This document shows positions 10,140 through 19,093 of a DNA stretch of 64,000 nucleotides, in pieces (the stretch's first letter is position 1; each line of letters begins with the position of its first letter). The notes beneath the pieces are model-generated. The model was not told where the DNA came from. It did no database searches and was given only the letters and a program-made list of their open reading frames with translations. The stretch spans positions 42,769-106,768 of the forward strand of contig DATHMM010000063.1 of assembly GCA_035487095.1 (NCBI GenBank). Direction: 5' to 3'. Made by a program: the position numbers and the translations under genes. The stretch is from Candidatus Sulfotelmatobacter sp. (GTDB taxonomy: Bacteria; Acidobacteriota; Terriglobia; Acidiferrales; UBA7541).

Positions 10140-10451
10140 CTATGCGGGTGGCGGCATGAATTCATATTCAACTCTGTAGCAAGAATTTCCGTCTTTCGGC
10201 GGCAGCTCTGCCATGACGCGAGCGGTGCGGCGAATTTCCGAAAAGCAACCTTCAGGGGTATCCGCCGGCAAACGCAGCCGGAGAGAAAGGGAATCGCCAA
10301 TCCGGAGCTTGCGGCGGCTGGTGATCACAAATCCATCCGGAAGAATGCTGAGGGCCTGCGTCACATATTCAAAGCGGTCGGAGCCGAATCCCAGGCAGGA
10401 AAAGGCGAGCGGAGTCGGTAGTTGACGAAGCAATGATTGCTCAGAGTTCAT
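10140..10451 (-). CDS. PilZ-like domain protein (degenerate c-di-GMP motifs)
   Basis: PilZ beta-barrel pattern (G..I.S...L.IGD.L.L.L.LP ... ARV ... Y.V.Y); RxxxR and DxSxxG are not canonical. Confidence 0.55.
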   Translation of the reverse strand: MNSEQSLLRQLPTPLAFSCLGFGSDRFEYVTQALSILPDGFVITSRRKLRIGDSLSLRLRLPADTPEGCFSEIRRTARVMAELPPKDGNSCYRVEYEFMPPPA

Positions 10452-10691
10452 AAAATGTCTTGATTGAGCTGGAGCGGCGGCTCGCGATTATCGTAGAACA
10501 TGCAGCGCAAGCTCGTCCGTGATGTGCGTCACAACGCGGAGGGGAAAAGCGGTTCCCAGCACCCACTTCGACGTTCAGCCCGTCTATTGGGACGTAAAGC
10601 CTGTTGAAGTAGGGACAAGCTGATTTCGCGCAAAGGGTCTGCGTGGCCCGGTGAATTTTGCAAAGCGGGCCAGGCTGACGCGGCTGGATGA

Positions 10692-11105
10692 TTACGCTTC
10701 ATCGCCCGCCGTCTTGCCGGACGCAGACTCGGCCGGATAGTTGAAGAAGAGCTGATTGCCGTCGGGATCATCGACTACCAGGAGCCGGTAACCCCACGAG
10801 CCATCCTTGACCGAAACGCCCTTGGCTTCGAGTTCCGCTCGCAGCGCGTCCAACGCGGCCGTCGCAGCCTGACGCGTCTGCTGCTCGGCGTTCACGGAAA
10901 TGAACATCAGCCCCTTGCCAATCTTTTCGGGCCATGTGTCGGCCAGGATAAGCGCGCAGCCCTGCCGCTCGACCTGCGCAACGTACGCCCTGCCGTCCTC
11001 ATCGTAGCGCCAGGGATTCGTGAAGCCGAGCCGGTCGACGTAAAAGCGGATCGAAGCATCAACATTCCTCACGTGCAGGACAGGGCGGGCGAACCAGTCT
11101 GTCAT
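10692..11105 (-). CDS. VOC / glyoxalase-bleomycin resistance family protein
   Basis: RPVLHV.NV.ASIRFY...LGF and WGYR...V.DPDGNQL.F motifs. Confidence 0.9.
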   Translation of the reverse strand: MTDWFARPVLHVRNVDASIRFYVDRLGFTNPWRYDEDGRAYVAQVERQGCALILADTWPEKIGKGLMFISVNAEQQTRQAATAALDALRAELEAKGVSVKDGSWGYRLLVVDDPDGNQLFFNYPAESASGKTAGDEA

Positions 11106-11467
11106 AGGCCATATCTCCTCGGATGAAGGCAGCTTCTTCCTGGGCCTTGAATTCTACGGCAATTTAAACGCAATCAGGGGCCGTGAGAGCGAGATTCTTT
11201 TTTAGTTTCACGACAAGTCCGCATAAATGCGAGTTACCTGGAAAGAGGGTCCAATTTCCCACTTGTAGGGCCGGCGTGGTAATCAGGGATTCGGATGCGC
11301 CGGGGTGTCGATTAAGGAGATCGCGTGCCTGTCCGCGCGTTCAGGTTCCAAACTGCGCAAGCGCAAACTTTTTCCCGGTCGTGCGGTTGACCGCATGAAA
11401 CTACAGTAAAGGTCTATTCGGCCTCCCGGCCCGGACTGAATCATCTCTATTTGTCCTGGAGGAACCC

Positions 11468-11932
11468 ATGTGGTCAAAGCAGCAAACGATGAACGAAACG
11501 CAAGCCCCGTCACCCGCTCAGGCAGCAGCATCGAACGCCCCCTTTGCTCCGCCTGCGCCTGCCGCCGCACGCTCGACAATTTCCGCGCCCCGCTCTTCCG
11601 CGCGGCTTGGCTCCAGCCTGCAGATTAAAGGAGAAATCACCGGCTCGGAAGACCTGCAGATCGACGGCATTGTGGACGGCCCCATTTTCCTCGATGGCCA
11701 TGCGCTCACGGTCGGTTCCACGGCGCAACTCAATTCGGAAATTCACGCGGGCGAAGTGGTAGTCTACGGCAAAACTGTCGGCAACATCGATGCCCGTGGC
11801 CGCGTCGAAATCACAAAAGACGGCTCCATTGTCGGCGATATTTTCTGCGCCCGAATCAGCATCGAAGACGGCGCCCACTTCAAGGGCCGCATCGAGATCG
11901 ATCCGGCGAAATATAAAGCGGCGACCATTTAA
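11468..11932 (+). CDS. Bactofilin (polymer-forming cytoskeletal protein)
   Basis: GGAGG RBS; LG.SL.IKGEI.G.EDLQIDG.V.G ... GDI...RISIEDGAHFKG.I. Confidence 0.92.
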   Translation: MWSKQQTMNETQAPSPAQAAASNAPFAPPAPAAARSTISAPRSSARLGSSLQIKGEITGSEDLQIDGIVDGPIFLDGHALTVGSTAQLNSEIHAGEVVVYGKTVGNIDARGRVEITKDGSIVGDIFCARISIEDGAHFKGRIEIDPAKYKAATI

Positions 11933-12163
11933 CTCGTGACGCCGCGATTCGCGCCGAGTCGCGACCATTTACCGAAAACGTGCGATCCGTACAATCTTTG
12001 CCTGCTGGGCTTCAATGGCGAAGGGTGTATCTGCCTTCGCAGACTGGCCGGAAGGTCAGAGTAACGGATACGGTGAGTACCGTACCTGCCGAGCCTCGAA
12101 GCGCGCGATGCAGCGTGGCCTACTACAGTCAACCCAGCGCCCACCCCCAGGAAAGGCGACAGT

Positions 12164-12628
12164 ATGAAATACAAAAGTCTCGTCCTTGGTGCGGCCGGAG
12201 CCGCAATTCTGTTTGGCGCCACCGCCGTGGCCGCGCGTTCCTACAATCCCATGAAGTGGATCAAGAAACCGACCGCCAGCCAGGAGCTTGCGGCGAGCAG
12301 CGCGGAGGAAAAGGCGCTGACGCTGCAGTTGCAAGCGCTGCTGCCGGCGCGCACCACGCTGAAGGACGCTTGCACTCTCTTCAAGACCCTGGACGATTGC
12401 GTTGCTTCGCTTCACGCCAGCGGCAACCTGCAGCTCAAATTCAACTGCCTGAAATGGAATATCACCGCGGTACGCCCGAGCGGTGATATCAAGTCCTGCC
12501 AGGCGCCCCCGAAAGCCCTCAGCCTGGAGAAGGCCATTCTCGCTCTGAAACCGGATGTGAATGCCAGGGGCGAGGCGCGCAACGCCGAGAAGAGCGCGCG
12601 CGAAGACATCAAGAACGCCCGCTCCTGA
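12164..12628 (+). CDS. Secreted hypothetical protein with four Cys
   Basis: RBS GAAAGG, signal peptide, protein-like sequence. Confidence 0.7.
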   Translation: MKYKSLVLGAAGAAILFGATAVAARSYNPMKWIKKPTASQELAASSAEEKALTLQLQALLPARTTLKDACTLFKTLDDCVASLHASGNLQLKFNCLKWNITAVRPSGDIKSCQAPPKALSLEKAILALKPDVNARGEARNAEKSAREDIKNARS

Positions 12629-12925
12629 CGGGGAAAAACATCTCCGCGGTCCGCTTCCTGCTAAGAATCGCGTGGGTGATACTCTGACCACCGATGTACG
12701 CTTGGGGAAAGGCGGTGTCAAGTCCGTGGATTGGGTAAAAATTCCGCTAGCCACGGCGTGAAACGATTCCTGCACCCAAAGAGTTGTGGGAGCGATGATT
12801 CAAATCCATTTGCCTGATAATGCCGGTGGTGAACTATAATCGGCGATTCCAGCGAATCTTGAACAGAGCTCGCCCCGGGAATATGATTTGGCCCCCATTC
12901 CAACTGGGCAGAAAGTGGCTCGACG

Positions 12926-13327
12926 ATGAAAACGGAATTGCTGCGATTCAACGGCGCAGTCGTGCGGGATCCTCCCGTCGATGCGTGGATGAAAGAGCAT
13001 GCAGGTGAATTGGGAGCCATTGCGCGGGAGTGGTTTGCGGTGATGCGAGAATGCGGGGACGAAGTCCGGGAGCTTCTGCATGACGGCTGTCCGGTGGCCT
13101 GTTTGGGAGATGCGCCGTTCGGCTACGTCAATGTATTCACCTCGTACGTACACGTGGGGTTCTTTCACGGCGCAGCCCTGCCGGATCCGGCCCGCTTGTT
13201 ACAAGGCACCGGCAAGTTCATGCGTCATGCGAAGCTGAGGCCGGGAACGGCCACAAACGCAGCCGCGTTAAGCAGCCTCATCGAAGCGGCTTATGTGGAT
13301 ATAAAGGCGAGGGTCGAAAACGGCTAA
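12926..13327 (+). CDS. DUF1801 domain protein
   Basis: HDGCPVAC, PF.YVNVF..HV.VGFF.GA.LPDP..LL.GTGK.MRH.KL. Confidence 0.85.
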   Translation: MKTELLRFNGAVVRDPPVDAWMKEHAGELGAIAREWFAVMRECGDEVRELLHDGCPVACLGDAPFGYVNVFTSYVHVGFFHGAALPDPARLLQGTGKFMRHAKLRPGTATNAAALSSLIEAAYVDIKARVENG

Positions 13328-13429
13328 TTCACAGGAACGCTTTGAGAGGCCGACGCGGATGGATCAGGCGTCCCCCGTCTCCTGCCATTTAGAGTTTTTC
13401 ATTATTGTAGACTGACCATCCTCGCTGCT

Positions 13430-15193
13430 TCACAAATCAACGACGACATCGCTAAGGGGCTGTGAGCAGCAAACCAGAACGTTGCCATCGGCCGGTTTGT
13501 CGAGTGGCTCCGGTCCATAGACGACCTCCCCGGAAACCAAACCACTCTCACAGTTGTGACAAACACCGGTTCGGCACGCCCAACGGACCGGGACATCACA
13601 CGCCTCGGCCATTTCCAGGATGCTCGCGTACCGCGACGCGTCCCAGTGTGCGGAGATCCCACTACGCGCGAACGATACCGAAAGGCCAGTGTTTGCCTCG
13701 TCGCGAGGGGGATGCGGAGTTCGCATCTCCGCGCCGACCACGCCTGGAGTCCTGGACTCTTCGCCGTTGAAAATCTCGACATGAACGCGCTCTCGCGGCG
13801 CACCTAAGGCCGTCAGCGCCTCTTTCATGTCCGCCATGAATCCGGTTGGCCCACAAAGGTAGATATCAGCGTCTTGTGGCAGCCCGAGTTCTTCCAAAAC
13901 CGATCGCGAGAAGCGACCCGTCGCGTTAAAATCCTCTCCCGTTTTGTCGATTGAGTCCGCTCTGGTGTAACAGACGTAGCTGCGGCCGTTCGTTAGCGCG
14001 CGCATGAGGCCGCGCACTTCGCCGGCAAACGGATGATGCTGCCCATCACGGACCGCGTGTAACCAGATGATCTGACGTGTAGAGCATGCCGCCGCGAGTG
14101 CGTGCAGCATCGCCAGAACGGGTGTCCCGCCGATCCCGGCACTGAGCAGTACGATGGGTCGCTCTCCCGGCTGCAGAACAAAACTTCCGCGCGGCGAGCT
14201 GACCTCGAGGCGGTCGCCCACACGGAGATGTTCGCGCAGGTACTTTCCAGCCACGCCATTCGGCTCGATTTTCACGCTAATTCGATAACGCTCGGTTGAG
14301 AGCGGACCCGAGAGCGAGTAGCTGCGAAAAAAAGCCGGGCCGCCGGCGGTGGGCTTAAAACGCACAACGACGTACTGGCCTGGCAGAGCCACGGCGAGTT
14401 GGTGATCGTCAGCGCTCTGCATCGAAAACGAGAGAACATCCGCGGACTCGCGATCAATTGAGGCCACGACGAGCGACTGAAATCCAGGCGAGGCGGGATG
14501 GGCGGCCGCGGCAGGCGTGAGCCCCGCGTTGCCCGTTTCCGCCCCGTTTTGCTGACTCTGGAGCAGCGCCTCAAACGAGGCACGCCATCCGTGCGAAAGC
14601 GCTTCGATGCGCAATGCTCGCTCCAGACGATCGCGCGCGTGATCGGGCAAATAGAGAAGCGCGTTGATCTCAGCGACGGTCATGCGCTCTCCCGCTTCTC
14701 CCACCTTCACGATTTCGTCGCCGGCGGCCACTTCACCTTCACGGAGAACGCGGAAATAGAAGCCCGGCCGGCCGCTGGATGTCAGCAACGACGCCATCCG
14801 GGGTTCGTTCATCCGAATGCCGACGCGATAGCATGTGACGCGAGGTTGAGTGACCTCGAAAAGTGCGGTTCCGATTTGATAACGGTCGCCGATGCATACG
14901 ACATCGTCGGCCAACCCATCGACTGTGAAGTTCTCTCCAAACTGTCCGTTGACGAAATCAGTCCTATTCAACTGCTTCTGCCAATAGCGATAGGATTCAA
15001 TCTGATAAACGAAGACGGCTCGATGTTCCCCTCCATGTCCGGCCAGGTCGCCTTGACCGTCCCCCTGGAGATTCAAGCGGCCCACGCGACATCGGCCAGA
15101 CACCGGATTCTTCCAGACGCCGGTGTGGACAGTGCGGCCTTTCCACGCGATGTCGCGGGGTAAACCGACGTTCACCGATAGCAGCCGAGCCAT
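13430..15193 (-). CDS. MOSC (YiiM-like) + 3-alpha + FAD/NAD(P)-binding reductase + 2Fe-2S ferredoxin fusion
   Basis: MARLLSVNVG; GDGQGDL..HGG; FGENF; QPRVTC (Moco Cys); RSYSLS; SAGIG.TP; YLCGP; CRTGVCHNC...C. Confidence 0.92.
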   Translation of the reverse strand: MARLLSVNVGLPRDIAWKGRTVHTGVWKNPVSGRCRVGRLNLQGDGQGDLAGHGGEHRAVFVYQIESYRYWQKQLNRTDFVNGQFGENFTVDGLADDVVCIGDRYQIGTALFEVTQPRVTCYRVGIRMNEPRMASLLTSSGRPGFYFRVLREGEVAAGDEIVKVGEAGERMTVAEINALLYLPDHARDRLERALRIEALSHGWRASFEALLQSQQNGAETGNAGLTPAAAAHPASPGFQSLVVASIDRESADVLSFSMQSADDHQLAVALPGQYVVVRFKPTAGGPAFFRSYSLSGPLSTERYRISVKIEPNGVAGKYLREHLRVGDRLEVSSPRGSFVLQPGERPIVLLSAGIGGTPVLAMLHALAAACSTRQIIWLHAVRDGQHHPFAGEVRGLMRALTNGRSYVCYTRADSIDKTGEDFNATGRFSRSVLEELGLPQDADIYLCGPTGFMADMKEALTALGAPRERVHVEIFNGEESRTPGVVGAEMRTPHPPRDEANTGLSVSFARSGISAHWDASRYASILEMAEACDVPVRWACRTGVCHNCESGLVSGEVVYGPEPLDKPADGNVLVCCSQPLSDVVVDL

Positions 15194-15398
15194 ACCGTTA
15201 GGATTCCTCCTGCACGAACCTTCCTGTCGTCGAAGGGACGCCGGATAGCCGTCGCAACCTTCATAGGATGCCTCTTGAAGATACCCGGCTACTAGAGAAC
15301 AATTCGAGACAGATGTCCAACACTGGCGGTTTCGAAATGATGCCGCGATGAATATTTCCAGGTGAAGCGGGCCTGTCAGACAGGATCGGGGCATTCCA

Positions 15399-16013
15399 AT
15401 GCAGAAGGCGTTTCATCTCGCTGACGAAGTCCGGCGGCTATCGCGGGCCAGCTTGCCAAGCGACGCGGCGGAGCTGGCCCGATATCTCATCGGGAAAACC
15501 ATTGTGCGCAAGACCGGGCGAAGCAGGATCAGCGGCCGCATTGTCGAGACAGAGGCTTACCCACCGGGCGATCGAAGTGGGCATGCTTTTCGAGGACGAA
15601 CGGCTAGTAACCAATGCCTATTTCTGGACAAGGGGTTTGCCTATGTCTACTTCATTTATGGGACATCCTACATGCTGAACGTGTCGGCGGAAGAACCGGG
15701 GATTGGCGCAGGAGTGTTGCTGCGCGCCATTGAGCCCCTTGAAGGAATTAACCTGATGAAACGGCTCCGCAAAACCGACAAGCTGAAAGATTTGGCGAGA
15801 GGGCCGGGACGGCTTGCCGCTGCATTGCAAATCGACAAGCGGCTGGACGGAGTTGACCTGTGTGCCGAAGGTCCGCTTTGGCTTGGGACTCCGGTTCGAG
15901 AGACTGCGCACGTTAGCACAGCTGTGCGCATCGGCATCACGCATGAGGTGGATCGGCTGCTGCGTTTCTTTGAGGCGGGCAGCCCGTTCGTCAGCGGCCC
16001 CTCAACGAGATAA
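15399..16013 (+). CDS. mpg: DNA-3-methyladenine glycosylase (MPG/AAG family)
   Basis: GRIVETEAY, YVYFIYG, AGVLLRAIEP, GPGRLA.AL.I, RIGI motifs. Confidence 0.92.
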   Translation: MQKAFHLADEVRRLSRASLPSDAAELARYLIGKTIVRKTGRSRISGRIVETEAYPPGDRSGHAFRGRTASNQCLFLDKGFAYVYFIYGTSYMLNVSAEEPGIGAGVLLRAIEPLEGINLMKRLRKTDKLKDLARGPGRLAAALQIDKRLDGVDLCAEGPLWLGTPVRETAHVSTAVRIGITHEVDRLLRFFEAGSPFVSGPSTR

Positions 16014-16129
16014 GCAGACGGCGGGAAGACCTACCTCCAAAATGGATTTTAGTGGGATGAGATCCTGACCGTAGACATTGGTAACAGCCATCGAAGTCTT
16101 CTCTAACAACCAGCTGCTTCGCCGATCGA

Positions 16130-16603
16130 TCACCGCAGTAACTTGCCGGCGAGCCAGTAATCGACACTGAACTTTCCCGGACCAGAGCAGATCAGCCAGA
16201 CAAAGAAGAGCACGTACAAAACTTCCGGAAGGTACAGGAAATCGTCAAGCCAGCGAAGTGGCGAAAGTCCTTTAGGCAGGGTGGAAACCGCGCTGGTCAG
16301 GGTGGCGACAATCATATCGATCAATAAAGCCACAGAGGCCGGGCTCGCAAGAAACCCCACGGTCACCAGGGATCCGCCAACGAACTCGACACCCGACACG
16401 AAATAAGCCATCTGGTGGGGAAACGGGACTTTAGCCTGAACGAGCGTTTCGTAAACAGGTTTCATCCCGCCGGCGACAAACAATTTGTTTGCCCCGGAAA
16501 TGGCGAAGAACAGCCCGATCGAAACGCGCACCAGCAGGATGGCATATTGTTCCAAATCGCTGTTACCCTGCAGCGCAAACTGGAGCAATCGTTTCCAATC
16601 CAT
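16130..16603 (-). CDS. DoxX family membrane protein
   Basis: LLVRV.IGLFF..SG.NKL; VE.VGG; GPG.FS.D; four TM segments. Confidence 0.9.
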   Translation of the reverse strand: MDWKRLLQFALQGNSDLEQYAILLVRVSIGLFFAISGANKLFVAGGMKPVYETLVQAKVPFPHQMAYFVSGVEFVGGSLVTVGFLASPASVALLIDMIVATLTSAVSTLPKGLSPLRWLDDFLYLPEVLYVLFFVWLICSGPGKFSVDYWLAGKLLR

Positions 16604-16661
16604 CGTTTGTCCCTCTATCGGAGGAAATGCTGTAACGATACCCCTTATCCGCGCCTCGAGA

Positions 16662-17075
16662 TTATGGCTCCATCCGTTCGACCCATTGAGCGCGCGATGC
16701 GGGAGCCACGAATGGATCCGCAAAATACTGTGTTTCCCGCGCAACCTTGTCGCCCTGGAACTCCATGACGCTCACGGTGTAGGACGGCTTGCCGTCATAG
16801 GTCAGGATGAATTCGGTGACCCAGAGCTCACCGCTGCCGATGATGCGTCGGATAGAAAACCGCTTTTTGTTCGGCTGACTAGCGCGTTGGTTCTGTATGT
16901 TGCTTCGGCCGCGGGTTCGCTCGCCTGACTGCGGGTATTCCAGCACTGCGTCCTCGTGGTAGATGTGATGTTCCGTTTCAAAATCATTGGCATCGGATGC
17001 CGCCCAATGCTGATCCAGTGCCGCTCGGATTTGTTCCTCTTGCTTGGACTGCTCGGGCTGCGGTTTCGCGCTCAT
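16662..17075 (-). CDS. SnoaL/NTF2-like domain protein
   Basis: YHEDAVLEYPQSGER.RGR.NI; VS.MEF...KV..ETQYF.DPF. Confidence 0.85.
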   Translation of the reverse strand: MSAKPQPEQSKQEEQIRAALDQHWAASDANDFETEHHIYHEDAVLEYPQSGERTRGRSNIQNQRASQPNKKRFSIRRIIGSGELWVTEFILTYDGKPSYTVSVMEFQGDKVARETQYFADPFVAPASRAQWVERMEP

Positions 17076-17262
17076 ATACGCTCTCCTTGCGGAACAAAGC
17101 CCGGAATACCGGTTTTCACCTCATTCGGCCTCTGTCTGCTCTGAAGGTTTCTTTGCTTTAGGGGATATCGGCGTGCGACTTTCCTTTCCGCGTCGCTCTC
17201 CTCGGTTCGCCGCAAAGCGTAGTTTAAAGCCAGGTAGCAGGGCCCGGGCGCTTTAAGGCCAC

Positions 17263-17520
17263 CTAAGGTGGGCACCCATCCGCCATCCATTTTGCGAATA
17301 GTTCGATGCGAGATTGAGGCCAGGGACCTTCTCCTCTTGGCGGTGGCGGCGGCATTACCGCTCCACCGATTCCCCGAATGCGGTCGTAGATGGCGGGCGC
17401 GTGCGCTTTGACGTCATCATAGCTTGCCAGGTTAAACCCCTTGATCATGCCTTGAATGTCTCGCTCCGTAAAAAGCGGGCGAATGTCCGCTTGAAAACTC
17501 GTGAGTTTCGTCATTGACAC
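17263..17520 (-). CDS. Small conserved hypothetical protein (cytochrome-c-like helical pattern without CxxCH)
   Basis: AGGAGG RBS; SF..DIRPLF ... MPP ... W....I.LF..W...G.P pattern. Confidence 0.7.
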   Translation of the reverse strand: MSMTKLTSFQADIRPLFTERDIQGMIKGFNLASYDDVKAHAPAIYDRIRGIGGAVMPPPPPRGEGPWPQSRIELFAKWMADGCPP

Positions 17521-17521
17521 C

Positions 17522-18457
17522 TCATCCTCCTTTTGGAATGAAACCTGGAACGCCAGTCGTTACCACTGGATTCAGCCTCTGTCTGGTCTGAATTCGATTG
17601 ATTTCGTCAAACGCGTCTTCCGGAAGTGCAGAAATGTCGAAATTCTCTCTCGCTCGGGTCGCACTCCTGGGCGTGGTAAGCAAAGCTGTGCCGCGCTGCA
17701 CGGCCCAAGCCAGCAGCACCTGCGCCGGCGTCTTCCCAATTCGCGCGGCGATGACCGAAATGACTGGATCTTCGAGCAGCCCCGGCTTCATCCCATGACC
17801 CAATGGTGCGAACGCCAAAAACACAACGCCCTTCTCCTTGCAGAATGCCAGTAGTTCCGTTTCCGGCAGATACGGATGTGATTCTACCTGTACAGCGGCT
17901 GGCTTGATTCTCGCCGATTCAAAGATGGGTTTCAGTTCGTTTAAAGTAATGTCCGAAAGTCCGATGGCGCGGCACTTGCCATGATCCACGAGACTTTCCA
18001 ACGCTTTCCATGTCTCTAGCAAAGTCACGCCGTGGTCGTAAAGAACATTGCCGTTTTGATCCCGCGGATCCTGGTCGTCACCGGGTTGGAATGCAAATGG
18101 AGTGTGAATGAGATAGAGATCCAGATACTTGAGCCCGAGTCTGTTTAGACTCGCCTCGAAAGCCGGTTCGACGCGCTCGGGCCGGTGATTGGAGTTCCAC
18201 AGCTTCGTGGTAACAAAAATGTCTTCGCGGGGAATCCCTCCAGCGGCAAGTCCCGCCCGCAATGTTTCGCCTACCTCGCGCTCGTTCCCATATCTTTCCG
18301 CGCAATCGAAGTGTCGAAATCCGGCTTCCAGTGCGTCTTTGGTCGCGGTTATCGTCACGGCGGCTTCAGGAATTAAGGTGCCAAAGCCGAGCGCGGGTAT
18401 ACGGCCGGCTCCGTGGCTGAGTGGAATTCTCGTCATCCGCAGATCAGAAGATTCCAT
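17522..18457 (-). CDS. Aldo/keto reductase
   Basis: GFGT, GFRHFDCA..Y.NE, FVTTKLW, DLYLIH.P, AIGLS, QVESHPY. Start 18457 or 18478. Confidence 0.93.
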   Translation of the reverse strand: MESSDLRMTRIPLSHGAGRIPALGFGTLIPEAAVTITATKDALEAGFRHFDCAERYGNEREVGETLRAGLAAGGIPREDIFVTTKLWNSNHRPERVEPAFEASLNRLGLKYLDLYLIHTPFAFQPGDDQDPRDQNGNVLYDHGVTLLETWKALESLVDHGKCRAIGLSDITLNELKPIFESARIKPAAVQVESHPYLPETELLAFCKEKGVVFLAFAPLGHGMKPGLLEDPVISVIAARIGKTPAQVLLAWAVQRGTALLTTPRSATRARENFDISALPEDAFDEINRIQTRQRLNPVVTTGVPGFIPKGG

Positions 18458-18803
18458 GATGGTTAGACCTCTTGCCATTCAGTTGTTTTGAGATAGTTCT
18501 CCACCGGGTTTAGGGTGGCCGAGATTGGCGAATCGCACACCGGGCACTCGAAAAGAAAGGTATGCGCAATTCAACTTGACGCCAATTGCCACTAGTCGGG
18601 AGTGGAAGCGTTGAGGAAAGGAGCGTCAGGTGAAACGAACGCCCGATGCCGGAATGCTACCAGTCCTATTTGGGCGGAGACTGGATACTACTCCACACGC
18701 GCTGGCCCGGCAAGAAGTGTCGGGTCGCCTCCAAACTGGCCGGCGTTTAGCTCCTGATGAATCGTCTTGCCGGACAAATTACTCCCGGAGAATAGGGAGA
18801 ACA

Positions 18804-18897
18804 GGGGGCCAGACGGGACGTTTCACCTACTTTCCCTACCTTCGTTTCAATTGCCGGGCTTACACCAGCAGGCCCGGGGAACGTCCCCTGTGTCCCC
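18804..18897. repeat. Dispersed inverted-repeat element, copy 2 (REP/MITE-like)
   Basis: GGGGGCCAGACGGGACGTT ... AACGTCCCCTGTGTCCCC is an imperfect inverted repeat. Core 18821-18860 matches 6897-6936. Confidence 0.65.
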
Positions 18898-19093
18898 ACG
18901 TTCCATTGCAGAACTCGTCGTCCGCCTGATTGAGATCCGCCTCCTCCCAATCGGCGGTCGAGGACAGCCAAAAAAGAAATCGAAGAGAAGCGGAAAGAAC
19001 GTGAAGAACACTAGCCCAAGCCCGCGATGCCGTAGCGCGCGTAAAGGTCCGGCACCGGAAACCTTGAAACGAATAGCTCTGAGGGCCGCGCCG

